Source: Lobosporangium transversale (taxonomy: Eukaryota). From it: a DNA stretch of 64,000 bases. The notes beneath the pieces are model-generated. The model made no database searches, was not told where the DNA came from, and saw nothing but the letters and a program-made list of their open reading frames with translations. Made by a program: the position numbers and the translations under genes. This document shows, in pieces, positions 26,188 to 42,099 of this stretch (position 1 is its first letter; each line of letters begins with the position of its first letter). Location: positions 248,001 through 312,000 of the forward strand of contig NW_019029017.1 of assembly GCF_002105155.1 (NCBI RefSeq). Direction: 5' to 3'.

Positions 26188-29100
26188 TGATCAAAATGAA
26201 AGATGTGGTGAAATGAATGGAATAGGAGTGGTTGAAGTGTGGGCGATGGTATTCAATTTATATAATATTTTGCTGTAAAGACACGCGCTAGTTGCTCCAG
26301 GGCAGAGGTGGCCACGGAAAGAAGACAATGACTAAAAAGGAGAAAGCGAGAGAGAGCACACACGAAATGGAGATTTGATAGCGGATCGTAAGACAATGAC
26401 AAATAAACACTAATCAGGCTCTATAGTCAAGTTGAACAAGAAAAGGGAGAAAAAAAAAAATTGAGTTTGTTGGATGAGACCCTTTGATCCTTTTTATAGT
26501 ATTTGAGGACGAGCAGTTCAGAATAGATAAGAAGTTGATGGGAGGCTCATTCTCTCATCTGGGAAGGAACATTAAGAGTTTATGGAAGCGGCACAAATTT
26601 ATTGCTCAAAGGATGCAATCGGGCCTGTGGGACGAAACAATCAACCATCACAATATGCAAATTGTCAGTGCACTTTGAGTTGACGTTATTCATGGCCATG
26701 CCTTGTGTTGCCATCATCAACAAATAATAAGTAATATGGCCAACCCATGGTTGTATGAATGGTGACTAAATCGCGCGAAATGCACATTTACCGTAAATCT
26801 AACATGCACCATGATCTATTTACAATGCACTGTCAAAGCTTTTTTACTTTTCCATTCGCTTCCCGTGTTGTATCATTGTGTTTTCCCGTCGTAAATGGTG
26901 GCGAAATAGATATGGGCCTACAAACTATGATGTGACAAGGGGGAGTTGCATATTCGGCTTAAAATGTTGAGATTCCGTAACCTGCAGCTCAACCATGCAT
27001 CCTTCTATTATCTAGGAATCTTTGAAATATGAAGAGATGGAAGTTCATCTAAAGCACTGTTACTGCGCTGAACTGCATAGGGAAACGATCGCTATTCATA
27101 ATTGGTAGAAAAGTTGTATGATTGACAGACTAGACAACGACAACATGTACACCTACGAAACCATTTAGTTTTTCCTTTTTCTCCCAGAGCATCAGAGTCA
27201 GGTACTGCAACTACAATGTGCAATCCCTCACATCAGGGGGATCCATAACAATTACGGCTAGTCTGTTAACTTGCGCGCATTTTCTTTGTTCTTTGTGATG
27301 ACATTGGAAAAATCCGTTCCAGCTGACAAAAAGCATGACCATAGCAACAGGTTTCGAGTGCCCTTTTTTTTTTTTTTTTTTTAAGCTAAGCCGTTGACCT
27401 GCACATCTTACTCAGCAATGCGAAATTGTGTTCAGAGACAAAGTGCTATCGTCATCATAAAGTTTAAAAAGAGGGCTCATGAGCATGCATAAAAAACAAA
27501 ATATTGGCACCATACCTTGTGGAGACATGTCCTGTGAAAACAATACGATATTATATACCATTTGTTATCGTACACTGCATGCGAGAAACCGGATGCAAAA
27601 AAAAAAAAGCGTTTTTCGATCCGATTGAGACACACGACGCTAGCGTCACGGGAATTTCCTGGGAACAACTTGTTAGCTCCTCGAATTCGTCCAACGTGAC
27701 GAGCATTTGGGTCACTCAGAGCATCATTAGGTCCAGGGATCTGAGCTGGGTTCCTTTTTTGGATCGACTCATGTCAATAACAGGCAATTGATGAGTCTGT
27801 CAAAAAAAAAAAAAAAAAAAAAATTAGCTCAAATCAATATAATAAACTTTGGCCGATAGCAAAAGTTGATTTGCACATCAACAGTCATCCATCATAGCCA
27901 TCTTCAAGTCCTATGAAAGTCTTATCATACAATACTCGCATGATTCCGATAAACAATCAAGTATCAAGGGAAATAGCTCAGAGGGAGGCAGTAGGCCAGT
28001 TCACTCCATAATGAGCTTTTTTTGTGCACCATTGCTTCGCCCTTGGGCTGATTTTATTGACCCGAGAGGAAGTTTTCTAACGAGCGCCAACAATAAAGCT
28101 AAAAACTTTTGAAACAATAGCAAAGGAACATTAGACACTTGTTATGAGCCTATCATCATTCCTACAGAAGACATAAAGTTACTCGCAGAACCATATACGA
28201 CATAAAAAAAAAAAAAATAAAAAATAAAAAAGATGAACCTACTGTTCAACCACCATTGGTAGGACTGTTGTCACCAAAACAATACTGTTTCCTTTACAAA
28301 GAGTGCGTCTTTTAGTAAAGATTTCTCACAAGAGAACCAGGTTTTGGTGAGCAATGACATACATGGAAGCGGGCTGTTCGCAGAATTGGAAAGCCGAATG
28401 TGCGGCTTATCAGGACATTTAGAATTGCAGAGACTTCGCACCATGAAGGTCTAGCCAAAACTCGGTAGGGCGAAAAAAAAAAGAAAAAAAAAAATCGCTA
28501 ATAGATTGGACATAATAAACCTAGCGGAATCTGTTTATGACTTCAATATGTATCAAGTGTTGTTTCCTTAGCTGCAACCCTACAAAGCCATGGTTACAGA
28601 AAATAGACTTGAACGCTGCGGATCACTACAATGGAAATTATGTCATTGCTATATTTATCGGCACAATCAAGGGATTTCTACACAAAAGCATGGTTGGAAT
28701 GAGAACAGTATTTTTTTGCTTGAAATAGCTAATAAAGTCCGAAACTTGAGAGATCAAGGGGCTGCACAACTTATTGAGAGAGGACATGAAGAGGGAAATT
28801 AAAAAACAAAAAAAAAAAAAAAAAAAAAAAAGTGTTGCAGGTTGTATGGAAAAGAAGAAGGTTCGTTTTTAATCACCATGAGTATGGGCGTATATGGATC
28901 AAATAAAGTTTTTTTAAGATGCAGAGGATGACGGGCACTTGGCGTTGAACAACGGAGCAATCGCGCTAAAGTCTTTACTCCAATCATCCACTACAGGACA
29001 GGATCGCAGAAGTGCTCCTTGTGGTCAATGGAGAGAGCCTTCATTCATCAGTTCATGTTCAAGTATATGTATGTATATAAATATATACATCGTTGAGACT

Positions 29101-29639
29101 TTAGTCATACCCGAGAAGTATGAAGGAGCCTGTGAAGTATAAATATCAGGATTATGCGTAGGTGACAAGGTTGGTATTGGAAACGGACACGCTGATGCAC
29201 AATTGTCCATAGTCCATGTGGCAATGCATTCCATCATTTCTTGCTCTGCTTTTCCCCTAAACCCGATAATCTGTATGCCGTTGCTGCGTTTACCAAACTA
29301 TAATTTTAATATTGTCCTGTCAGGAAAAACCGGTTGATGTCATTGTGCCCTTTTCATGAAGCTCTTCTCAAAAGCTCAGATACGTTAATCTTTCTAAAGT
29401 ACAGTTGGCCCCTGCTGTTCAAACAAAGGTTGAATATGTTATTCATATTTTAAATAGTTATAGTCCAAACAAATGAATGAAAAAGAAAGGTGCTGGACAT
29501 ACCAGAGAGCCCAGAAAAGTCGTAGTGCAGATGTAATGTGTTCAAAACAAATTGCCCCAATGAGATATGTTTATTCAACTTAGCTTAATCGAATTATCCG
29601 AAAAGTTATCCAGATAGGATATCCGTTTCTTCCTCCTCA

Positions 29640-30750
29640 CTATAAATGTAGTTTACTGACAGTCTTTTCGAGTGATGGATTTAAATGACTCCATTAGCCT
29701 GGTACGCGTGGTCTCGTTGGGTTCAAGGCGGCTTCTTTCGAAAGAGGGCTTGATCTCGGACCAGTATTCTTCTAAAGGATTCAAAAAGGGTAACAGTGAC
29801 CTGTATGCATCCTCAATAAGCCCCCTAACCTACAGCAACGTAGACTTTGCGTTATCCTTTAGAAAGTGGATAGCTTGCGTATTCATTTCAATCCTATGAC
29901 TCTAAGGACCTCTCAACGATAAATATGCCGACTTGCAATGCTCTGCGCACAATGTGGGTACCACGCTGCGCTTTTTGGTTGGGAACGCTTTCTCCAATTG
30001 TGTATTAGTTTAAGCAATCTTCCGGAACCCTATTGAAACCAAGCTATCTAAAACAGTAGCTACTCCTCCAAGGCGTCAGAGAATTTATATGTTATAAAAT
30101 CTATAGTCGTAATTGATTGGAGTTGCACGCTTCCTCTTCCAATGGAAGCCTTCCAGAATAGACCCATTTCATATTCTTCAACGGAAGAATTGAGGCTCAC
30201 CCATCTTTTTCTCTTTCTCTTTGAAACTCGTCGTCGTCAAAGCCGGTATGGGTATATGAAGACCCATTTTGGGCCAGAGTATTGTCCTCAATTGCAACGA
30301 CGTCATTGGCGTTGCCAAGCAGGCCCAGGAGCGAGCATCAGTGCCTGGCTCATGCCCAGAATAACTCTGGGGGATTCAAGGGTTAAATGGGGTTTTTAGC
30401 ATCAGAGCCGTTACTCCCTCCTACAATCATTCGATGGCAGCGAGTAGGGACTTGGTTCTTATAGCACGACTCGATTCACCATAGCTGGGGTTTCTGCGGT
30501 CATCACACCCTTAGCTCAGATGTAGAGCATCATGACGTTCCTTGTCCTGCTATGCAGATCAACAGACGAAATCTGCATTGTAGTTGTTTCTAACGGCGGG
30601 AATATCTTAAAAGAAAGAGTATCAAGAATACAAACACCAGAGCCATTATCTCATTGTCCCAGTGAAGGCGATGGTCCGCAATCCAAGGTCTTTGTCGAAT
30701 TGCTCATCAGGATCGACCAAGTTGATGATGTGAGAAATGTGCATGGTGTT
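29640..30750 (-). mobile_element. Decayed IS630/Tc1-superfamily (DDE_3-like) transposase remnant
   Basis: The minus strand at ~29870-29650 reads FLKDNA...LLPFLNPLEEYWSEIKPSFER...RLMESFKSITRKDCQ, resembling the DNA...YSPFLNPIEE.WSKIK...IT..DC C-terminus of IS630/Tc1 transposases. Many in-frame stops; the upstream boundary is uncertain. Confidence 0.65.
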
Positions 30751-32615
30751 TGAGTTGTATGTCGATGAGAGGCTTATTTGTAATAAGTTTGCCAGTGGAT
30801 ACCGTCGCTTTTAGACTCATATCCATATCCATATCCATATCCATTCGATCCATAACGGCACGTTCAATAATAACACGTAGTTATACAGGTATAAAAAACG
30901 TGCGGTAAAAACGCGTCGCCGATGTCAGAATGTGAAATGATGACAAGGCTCGGATAAATTTCAATAGATTTATATACATTTATGATATTTGGCTAACGAT
31001 TTTAACTTACTTTCAACCATTTTTTTGGAACATAAAGTTTATTTAAAGTTGGATAATACACTAAAAGTATAAATGCTACTTTTGCTCTTTTGTCTGTGGA
31101 AGACAAGTTCATTCAATTACAATAACTCTGTCTGTCTCTCTTTTTTTTTTTGTGCTACAGTGCTACCCCGCATTCTCGTTTGTCAATTGAGTGCTGCAGT
31201 TTTACACAATGCATCTCGGAAGAGTGAGCTCTAGACTGAGGCCTGGACTCGGTCGATATTCTTTTTTTCTTTTTTCTTTTTCTTTTTTTTTTTTTTTTTT
31301 TTTTTTTTCTCCGAGTTAAATGATGCTGAATGTATATATATATTTAATATATGTAATATAATATAAATTTCTATACAAACTGAACACACCTAACACTTGC
31401 CCATCATTCATTTCTTTTATTACAAGTGAAACATGTCTGTCCAACATGCCACATGCCACATGCCACCCGCACAAAATAGATATCATCCGTGGTATCAGCG
31501 CCTTTTTTTTAAACAAAAGTGCTAGCTTGTTTTTTTTTTTTTTTTTTTTTTTTTTGAACCACATCAATCGCCTTGATTGCTTGCTATTGTTCCCAGGGCT
31601 GATCGCAGGTGTGCATGTTGGTAACTTTACGAGCAGGGAAACACAAATAAACTCAATGTTGTCATGTGTGTTTATGTGAATGTGTATGGAGGAATAAAAA
31701 GCATTGTGAAAATCCTTGTCGAATGTTCATGCTCAACTTTTTTGTTCATTCAAAATAGCTCTTGCAGTGAGATGCAGGAACAGAGATGGACATCTCCCTT
31801 CACAGCCGATGAGCACTTCAGTGCTGCATATCGACCTCTGTCCTCAGGAAATGGCGTAGATTAGGTCAATGATTCCAAGGATTCTATCCCCCCCCCCTTC
31901 CTTACCATTGCACAGGAGCTCATATGCTTGATGAGCAAGTAGATAAAATAGACATGTGCGTTTTCGAAAGGAATTTCTTCCCCTGTCCAGGGGATGGACA
32001 GAAGGCAAAAAGGGAGGCGCGGTCTGTTCAATAACATACACAAATACAGGAGACGGTCTTGTTAGAAACAACTGCTGTGCCAAGGAAATTTCCGTCTACC
32101 ATTGTATTTACTAAGAGACAATGATCTCGATTGATCATTTGATTATCTTGACGGTTGTCTTTCGGTGGTCTGCGCTTGTTGTGTTGTTGACATGGGTGGT
32201 TCGTGTGGAGGTTGTTTGACATTTGACAATTTAATTTCATTTCTTTTTTTTTTTTTTTTTTTTTTTTTAGTTAATGCGCTTTACTTGCAAGTGAGGCTCT
32301 TTGTTGTTTATGATCGTCCTTAAACTCTTTCTCTTCAAAAATATTCATTTATTTTTGTACGATTGGCTGGTATTCCTCTTTTATTATCTTTTGGTGCAGC
32401 ATGCTTGTGGAGATTATTATCATTCTTACGACGGACATACAAACGATTTCAAATACCGATGATGCACGGGGCACAACGCCTCTCAATGAACATCTGCCAA
32501 ATCCTTGGCTGACCAAACCTCGCAGAGGAAGATTTAAACCAAAAAGGGTACAAGAAGGCACAGACTGACATGCGGCGGGGAATGATGAGTAGAAATGAAG
32601 GAGCCTTTTTTACAC

Positions 32616-32657
<42 letters not shown>

Positions 32658-33209
32658 CGTTAGCCATTTCCTTTATCCATTGGCTTTTTTTTTTTCTTTT
32701 TTCTTTTTCTTGCATTATAAATCATCGTTGATATATAACATGGATTGTTATTGTTTTGCTCCTATCAAGCTTTTGGCTCTCGTTTTTCCATCCGCCCTGT
32801 TCTCCACGGCTCACTCAACAGGCAAGGTCACACGGTCCGCGAGACGTCTGTGTTGAACGCCGTCAGCAAACGAAAACTTTACACTGCATGGATGCACCCA
32901 GGATTTTTTTTTTTTTTTTATTTGCTCCCATATCCTTTCATGTCTCCACACGCCTAACATGGAGTACAAAGGAGATTGAAGAGAAATACGTAATAATTTT
33001 TTTTTATGATTCGGCACGGAATATAATTTTAATTTTTTTTTTTTTTTTTATTTATTTATTTCGCGTAATGTTCATTTTACACTCTTCGTTGGTTATTTCA
33101 CAGCTCTCGGCTGTCTTTATCTCTCTGACAAGCAAGGGAACAGGTGCTCAGATAGGGTGGTCTTTGCATTTTCTTTTGATGTATTTTCTAAACTGAGGAA
33201 AAGTCTCGC

Positions 33210-33243
<34 letters not shown>

Positions 33244-35854
33244 TTTTTCCTTAAATTACCCTATTTTTTTTTTTTCTCCTCTTTCTTCTTATTTTTTTCT
33301 CAAGTGCCGCCATCTGGAAACACTTCAGGATCGATTTGAGCCTGGTGCTCTCATTTAACCCATGTGCATCCTGAAATCTCCTTTGTGACCATTTCTAGGC
33401 CAGACAAGGCCTTTTTTGGGCGATGATTTTAGGTTTTCCTCGTCTCATTTCAATATAATGGAGTAAAGCAAAGATGCTATTGAGTCGATGGATGCGATTC
33501 ATTTCTGTCTGTAAAAAGTATCGACTTTATTTCTGCCATCGCATGCCCGCACTTGTTTATTTAAATTTTATTATATAAAATATATAATATATATTATATA
33601 CAGTTATTGAGCTGAGAATCACTCAAACAAATCGCAGCTTAACCTTAGTTCACATCTAGTCTCTTTCTTTCTCGGGCCCTTAGTCAGCTCAGATGGTTTG
33701 TCTGTCCGTGAAAGAGTTTGTAAGATTTAGTTTTTTGTCAATGACGAGCTAATTCATACTGAGTATATTCTATGCATTCTATATAAATGTCTATGGGATT
33801 GAACACTTGCGCAATGAAAGCAAACAAAAACTTGACCGAGTAAGAAAGAATTTTTTTTTTTTTTTTTTTTCTTTTTTCTAGAGGTTTAATAGTTTAGTCA
33901 ATTCGAATCTATCCTTTAACCGTTTTAATATAATATATAGATTAATATTAAGAAGAATGTTATTATAAATATATGGATGATGGATGTATTGTCTATTCAC
34001 TCCCGACCGACACACTTGTGTGAATCTATTGTGATTCTAATAAAAGGATCGTGTTATCTTTGTGTGTCCTTCACTTGGATGAACATCACGGATAGTTGAT
34101 ACTTGACTCGAATCCTTACGCCCTTCATTGTCTTCCATCTTTGCCTTCGTAGTATAATTTTTTTTTTTTTTTTTTTTTTTTTTTTGGACTGCAACGCTGT
34201 GAGTGGTCCTGAATAACCAAAAAAAAAAAAAAAAAAAAAAAAAGAATGAGTATATATTATATATATATAGTATATAAAGTAGATAAAATATAAAATAGAT
34301 AAAATATAAAATCTTTTAGCTCTAATCACGCGCCAACTTTGTGTTGTGTATGAATGTCCTCATTCTCATTCGTCACTTCATTGACGCTTTCTTTTTATTG
34401 CAAACAGGTTCTGACATTATCCTATTGAGTCCAATTCAATCGATTCAATCCTCACGGACACGCCATTGGGTGGAGCGTTCGTCCTTTATTCATCATCACT
34501 CACTGGGTCCCCCTTCCCTCTCTTCCCTCCTTCCATTCAATCTTTGTAAACAGTTTTTATTTTTTATTTTTCCCTCTCTTTTTTTTTATTTTTTTTTTTA
34601 TTTTTTTTTATTTTTTTTATATATTTCTTCTCTTTTCTGTCTTTTTCCTCTCTTTCTCCCTTTCTCTCTTTTCTTTCTTTCTTCTTTCTTTCTTTCTTTC
34701 TGTCAATCTCCTTTTCCCTTTGTCCCCTCTCAATCCTTCCATACCCAATTAATTCTTTCTTATTCATCAGCACCGCCATATCAGTGTATGTATGTGAACC
34801 ATCTTTTCTTAGACCCCCCTGATTCTCTTTCTCTTTCTCTTTCTCTTCCCTTTAAACTTCCCTTCCTTTCTTATCCCTATTCTCTGTCTTTGTCCTGCCT
34901 GGGTACCAGATTTTATTTTTTCTCTGTTGATCACCCACTCTTTTTTGTCTGCTCTTCCTTACTCCACCGCACTCATCTTGTTCATTTCAAAAGTCTTTTT
35001 CGCAATAACTAGAATTGAGTATGTAGATAATGAAGTTGAAAAAAAAAAAAAAAAAAAAAAAAATGAGAACCTGCATTGCTTTTTGTATCTGGGGTTTCCA
35101 TTAAAAGACTTTCTCACAACTAAACACGCATACAACAATTAAAACGTTGTTTAATAAGATCCACAATGTCAACAACAAAAACAACAACAACAGTAATGTC
35201 AACAGGAGCAACAATAACATCACTAATACAACAACACGACAACAATGATCCTCCACAATTCATACACAGCACAGAACACGCATGCCATGCATATCTCCTG
35301 CTCATAAAAAGACTTTTTTTTTTTTTTTTTTTTTTTTTCCTTCCTTCCTCGTTCCATTCCTTGTCAGCTCTCTGTTTCCCCTCGTTGCCACGCCAAAAGG
35401 AAAATTTAACGATTCTCAACCTTATCTTTTTCTCACTGCTTCTCCTTCCCTTCCCTTTTCTCTTTTCTCTTCCCTCTTTGCGTTGGTTTCCCCCTCCCCT
35501 TTCCTTTGCTCCCCTATTTTTCCATTTCTGCGTTCTACCTCTTGATTTCCATCTGTTTTTTTTGTTTTTTTGTTTTTTGTATTCGTTGGTAAATACCCCT
35601 GACTAACAAGCCTTTTTTTTTTTTTTTTTATTTTTTTTTTTTATTTTGACATGTATCATTATTCTTTTTTCTCTTTTCTTCCTCTTTCCTAACTCTGTTC
35701 AGTCATCACTCTACTTTTCTATATCTTTCCTCTCTTACTCTGTCGGTACCTGCAGCTCTTGCCACATCAAAAAAAAAAAAAATAATATCAACGCGTTGCA
35801 ACAGACAGTTTTTCACTGGATTTGTCACGACGCAGGATATAGACCTTCATATTT

Positions 35855-38332
<2,478 letters not shown>

Positions 38333-38638
38333 ATTTATTGGCAGGACCCTGTGCCGATGATAATTTTTTTTTTTTTTTTTTTATTTTTATTTTTTTACCA
38401 TTGTCAACACTGTTGATGTTTGTTTTGCTGTGCGGTTGTTTTGTCTCATCATTTGTAAGATTTTTTATTTTTTTATTTTTTTATTTTTCACTCTCTGTAT
38501 TGTACTTTTTTTTTTATTTCTGTTGTGGAGAGAAAACCTTCTCCCATAACAGACAGCAACAAACGCACAATACAAAAGTCAAACAAACAAACAAACAAAC
38601 AAACAAGCAAAAACAAACAAACGAAACAAAAAGCCAGG

Positions 38639-38671
<33 letters not shown>

Positions 38672-39742
38672 AACATAATTATTTATTAGCCTCAGTACAG
38701 AAAAAAAAAAAATCATTTTCATTATCATTGCCATCGCATGTTTCCACTCTTGTTATTTCATTGCTCTTCTTCCACATCACAATAGCCACTTTCACCCTCC
38801 TTTTGTTACCCTGTAGTTTAATTGTTTTCTTCAGTAATGTAATTATTTTCTTTTCCAGCCATTGAAGAAAAAAAAAAAAAAAAAAAAAAAATTGATTCTT
38901 GTAATTAATGTGTATCCACTGGTGTGTATACCTCGATTTAGGAGGTTGTAGGAATGCGATGGTTAGGATTCTACAGAATAAGATTGACATGTTGAGATTC
39001 CACGAACTGTTGTGAATGTCACATCTCATTGGGCCATCTGGCTTCCGAGAATCATGAAAATAAAGTCAAATTAATAGTGTGAATCACCTTCACGACCTTT
39101 TTTTTTTTTTTTGGTTCCAAAGTTGTCAGGTGGTTTATAAATCCATATGATCGATTTATTCAGGCTAGATATTATTATTGTTCTAATGATTTAAAAGAGC
39201 AGGTTTGCCATAGAAGGTCCATGGAGAGAAGTCAAGAGCTTTTCTGTTCTGTGAAAGGCATTTCAAACCAACTGGATGGTTATCAGAATGTCCTATTGAA
39301 GCTGCGAAACGTTAAAATCTTTTTTTTTTTTTTTTTTTTTTTTTGAATGCTATGTTTCCATCTGTTGCTCCTCAACCTTTGGATTATGTATTCTGGAGAA
39401 GGATTTGCAATGCATTTTTAAATTGTTTAACAAAATCTTTTCTCGATCAGTTAAAGATGATATCATGTGTCAAGGAGATCTGTCAGGGACAGAAAGCTTT
39501 CAAAGGGCACACTGTGTGTTGTCAAAATTAAATATATCGGATGGGGAGGCTGTGCTGATAAAGACATGTAAATGTATATGTATATGTAAATGTATATGAA
39601 TATTTTATTTTTTAATCCCATTTGACACCATTTCATTCTTTTACTTAATCATCCATTCATTACCTTTGAATCTTTCTTCTTCCTGCCTGGTACATATTTA
39701 TTATACATATTTGTATATACTCTTTATTGTCTTGTCTTCACC

Positions 39743-39976
39743 ATGTTTTTCTCAAGGATTCTTAAAACTCGATCAACCTCCTTGGCATCAACACTCATGT
39801 CCCGTCAATCTACTGTGGCTACTCTGACGAGAATCGCAATCTTGCCACCTCAGTTGAATCAAACACGTACAATTGTCTCGCCTTCGCGTGTCCTCTTTGC
39901 AACGAACAATTCTGATGTCGAAAAGGGTGTACAGAATATTACTGACCTATTCATGACTGCACGCGATGAGGTTTGA

Positions 39977-40007
<31 letters not shown>

Positions 40008-40325
40008 TAAAAATAAAAAAATTCTCATTGCTTTTCTATTCTTTCTAAACTCCTTCATGTTTTTGACTAATATTTTTATAATTTTACAAAACAATCCACA
40101 ACGGTTGATTAGCTCGAATATGCAGAAGAAGCGCGTGGAACTGTGTACTACAACGATGACAAGGAAGCCGCACGTGAGGCTGTTCAAGAATGCTTGAGCA
40201 CATATGATGAACTGTTGAAGGACTTGGACGAAGCACAAAAGCTTGATGTTCAACGCAAGATTGGTCTCAAGATCATGGAGCTCAAGTCACAGTTGGATGC
40301 TCTGAACGAAGAGGAACTCGAATAA
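39743..40325 (+). CDS. Small conserved putative mitochondrial protein (146 aa, 2 exons)
   Basis: Arg/Ser/Thr-rich acid-free presequence. Intron 39971-40112. Helical domain DLFMTARDELEYAEEARGTVYYNDDKEAAREAV...VQRKIGLKIMELKSQL. Confidence 0.75.
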
Positions 40326-40578
40326 ACAATGTCAATAAAAAAAAAAAAAAAAAAAAAAGTGCTATATATCATTATAGTCAACTGGATAAATAGAGACGAA
40401 CAGACTTTGGATTATCTTTTTTTTTTTTTTTATTTTTTTATTTTTTTTTTATTTTTTTATTTTTTTTTTATTAAAGAAACAGAAGAGTATTTTAGACACG
40501 AATCTTTATCTTTTGATGTATTTACAGTCATTACGACAACGCTCAAGTAAGAAGAGCAACCCTAAAAACGAATTTGTT

Positions 40579-42061
40579 TCACACCAGACTGTTCAGGTCT
40601 TCATCGCCATTATCGTCCTCGTCAGAGTTATCTCGATACCGCTCTTGAGCATCCTGGAGCTCATCCCCACCGCCAGTTCCCAACATTGTATTCTCCGCAG
40701 CATCATCGTCATCATCATCCATATAGTGACCAAAATAGTCGTCCATGATCACCTCTCCAGGTTCCTGGCTCAAATTCTGATACCCATATCCGCCACGTCC
40801 ACCACTGCCAAAGCCTCCAAAGTATCCACGAAGGCGTCTTGGCATCAGTGCCCCTACTGTCGCTGTGAGCTTATCCCACGTATCATAAATAGCACTTGGA
40901 ACATGGAGTCTTGAGAGTGACCGGGGTACACGAATTGAAGGCATGTTCATGGTCGGAAGAGAGGATGACCGAGGAAGATGGATCTGGTCATAGATATCAT
41001 TGCCGAGTCGAATAGGCGAGCCTCGTCTTCCTGTCAAATAACCCTTATACCGGTTCAAGAAAAAGAGAATGGCATAAGCTCCACCGCCTGAAGCTAATAG
41101 GATACCAGTCCACCCAAAGAATCCGATACCACCCCTTCCAGGGCAGTATTTCTTGCGACCAAACAACTCATGGTCACCCACACAGCTTGAGAAGGCCATC
41201 TTGCGGTATCCAATGGACTCATAGTAGTAGTCTTGGCCTTCTGGTAATGATGCACAGATTTCTTTTTCGTTCAGGACAACGGGCGTTGCGTCCTTGATCA
41301 ACTGACACTTGCCAGAATCGTCGGGTTCATAGTTAAAGTCACACTCAAAGTCTTTAGCTGTGCATTGACAATTGCTGACAATCTCCCGCGGATTCACAGC
41401 CAGCTCACCTACAAAACATTGGCGGTCTTCAATCCTGCGGAAATACTCAACTTTGCGACCAAACATGCACTCCTCACCACGGAGATCCGCAAGACTCCAA
41501 CGCTCAAAGTCATCATTTGCTTCATCCTTCAAATTCAGTCGGCAAGTAGGGAAGTCTAGGCCCTCAAAATCAATCTGGTAGATCAATTGCTTTGCAGTAT
41601 TGGCTCCGCCTGCTCGGGGGACGGCAAACAAAAGGAAAGACTTTCCAATCCCACCTGGTTTGGTCATAATGTCTTGGATAATAACTTTTTCCGTTGAAAA
41701 CTCAAACTGTTGGAAGGTTTTGCCATGGTCAAGGGAATAGATCACATGGTCTGTAGGGAGTCCATCATCATTGGCCAGCAAAATGATGCTTCCTTGATCT
41801 CCAAAGTCATATTGGTGTGGTCCATGCAATATTTCTCTCCAGGAAAAACCTCCATCTCGGGTCAAGAAAGTGCTGCCTTGAGCATACTCTCCCAATGAAG
41901 TACCAACGTTTCCAACACCAATGACCATACCAGGCATCGAAGGGGAGCTGAACATGTCTTCGGAATGTTTCCTGTCAAGATAATTGTGCAAATGTAAGCT
42001 GCAATCCGTACCCTAAAATCATTTTGAATGAGTACGCAAAAAGCAGATAATATTCGTTGTC

Positions 42062-42099
<38 letters not shown>

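Noticed and set aside
29520..31075. Possible TIRs around the IS630/Tc1 remnant
   Set aside because: Only short patchy matches in AT-rich DNA; not convincing by eye.
31800..31835. gatgagcac-ttca-gtgct hairpin as a possible hammerhead ribozyme
   Set aside because: Lacks an exact CUGANGA core and the following GAAA.
34341..35606. Phe/Leu/Ser-rich ORFs of 223 aa and 146 aa
   Set aside because: Artefacts of poly-T/CT-rich non-coding DNA upstream of the forkhead gene; no coding signal.
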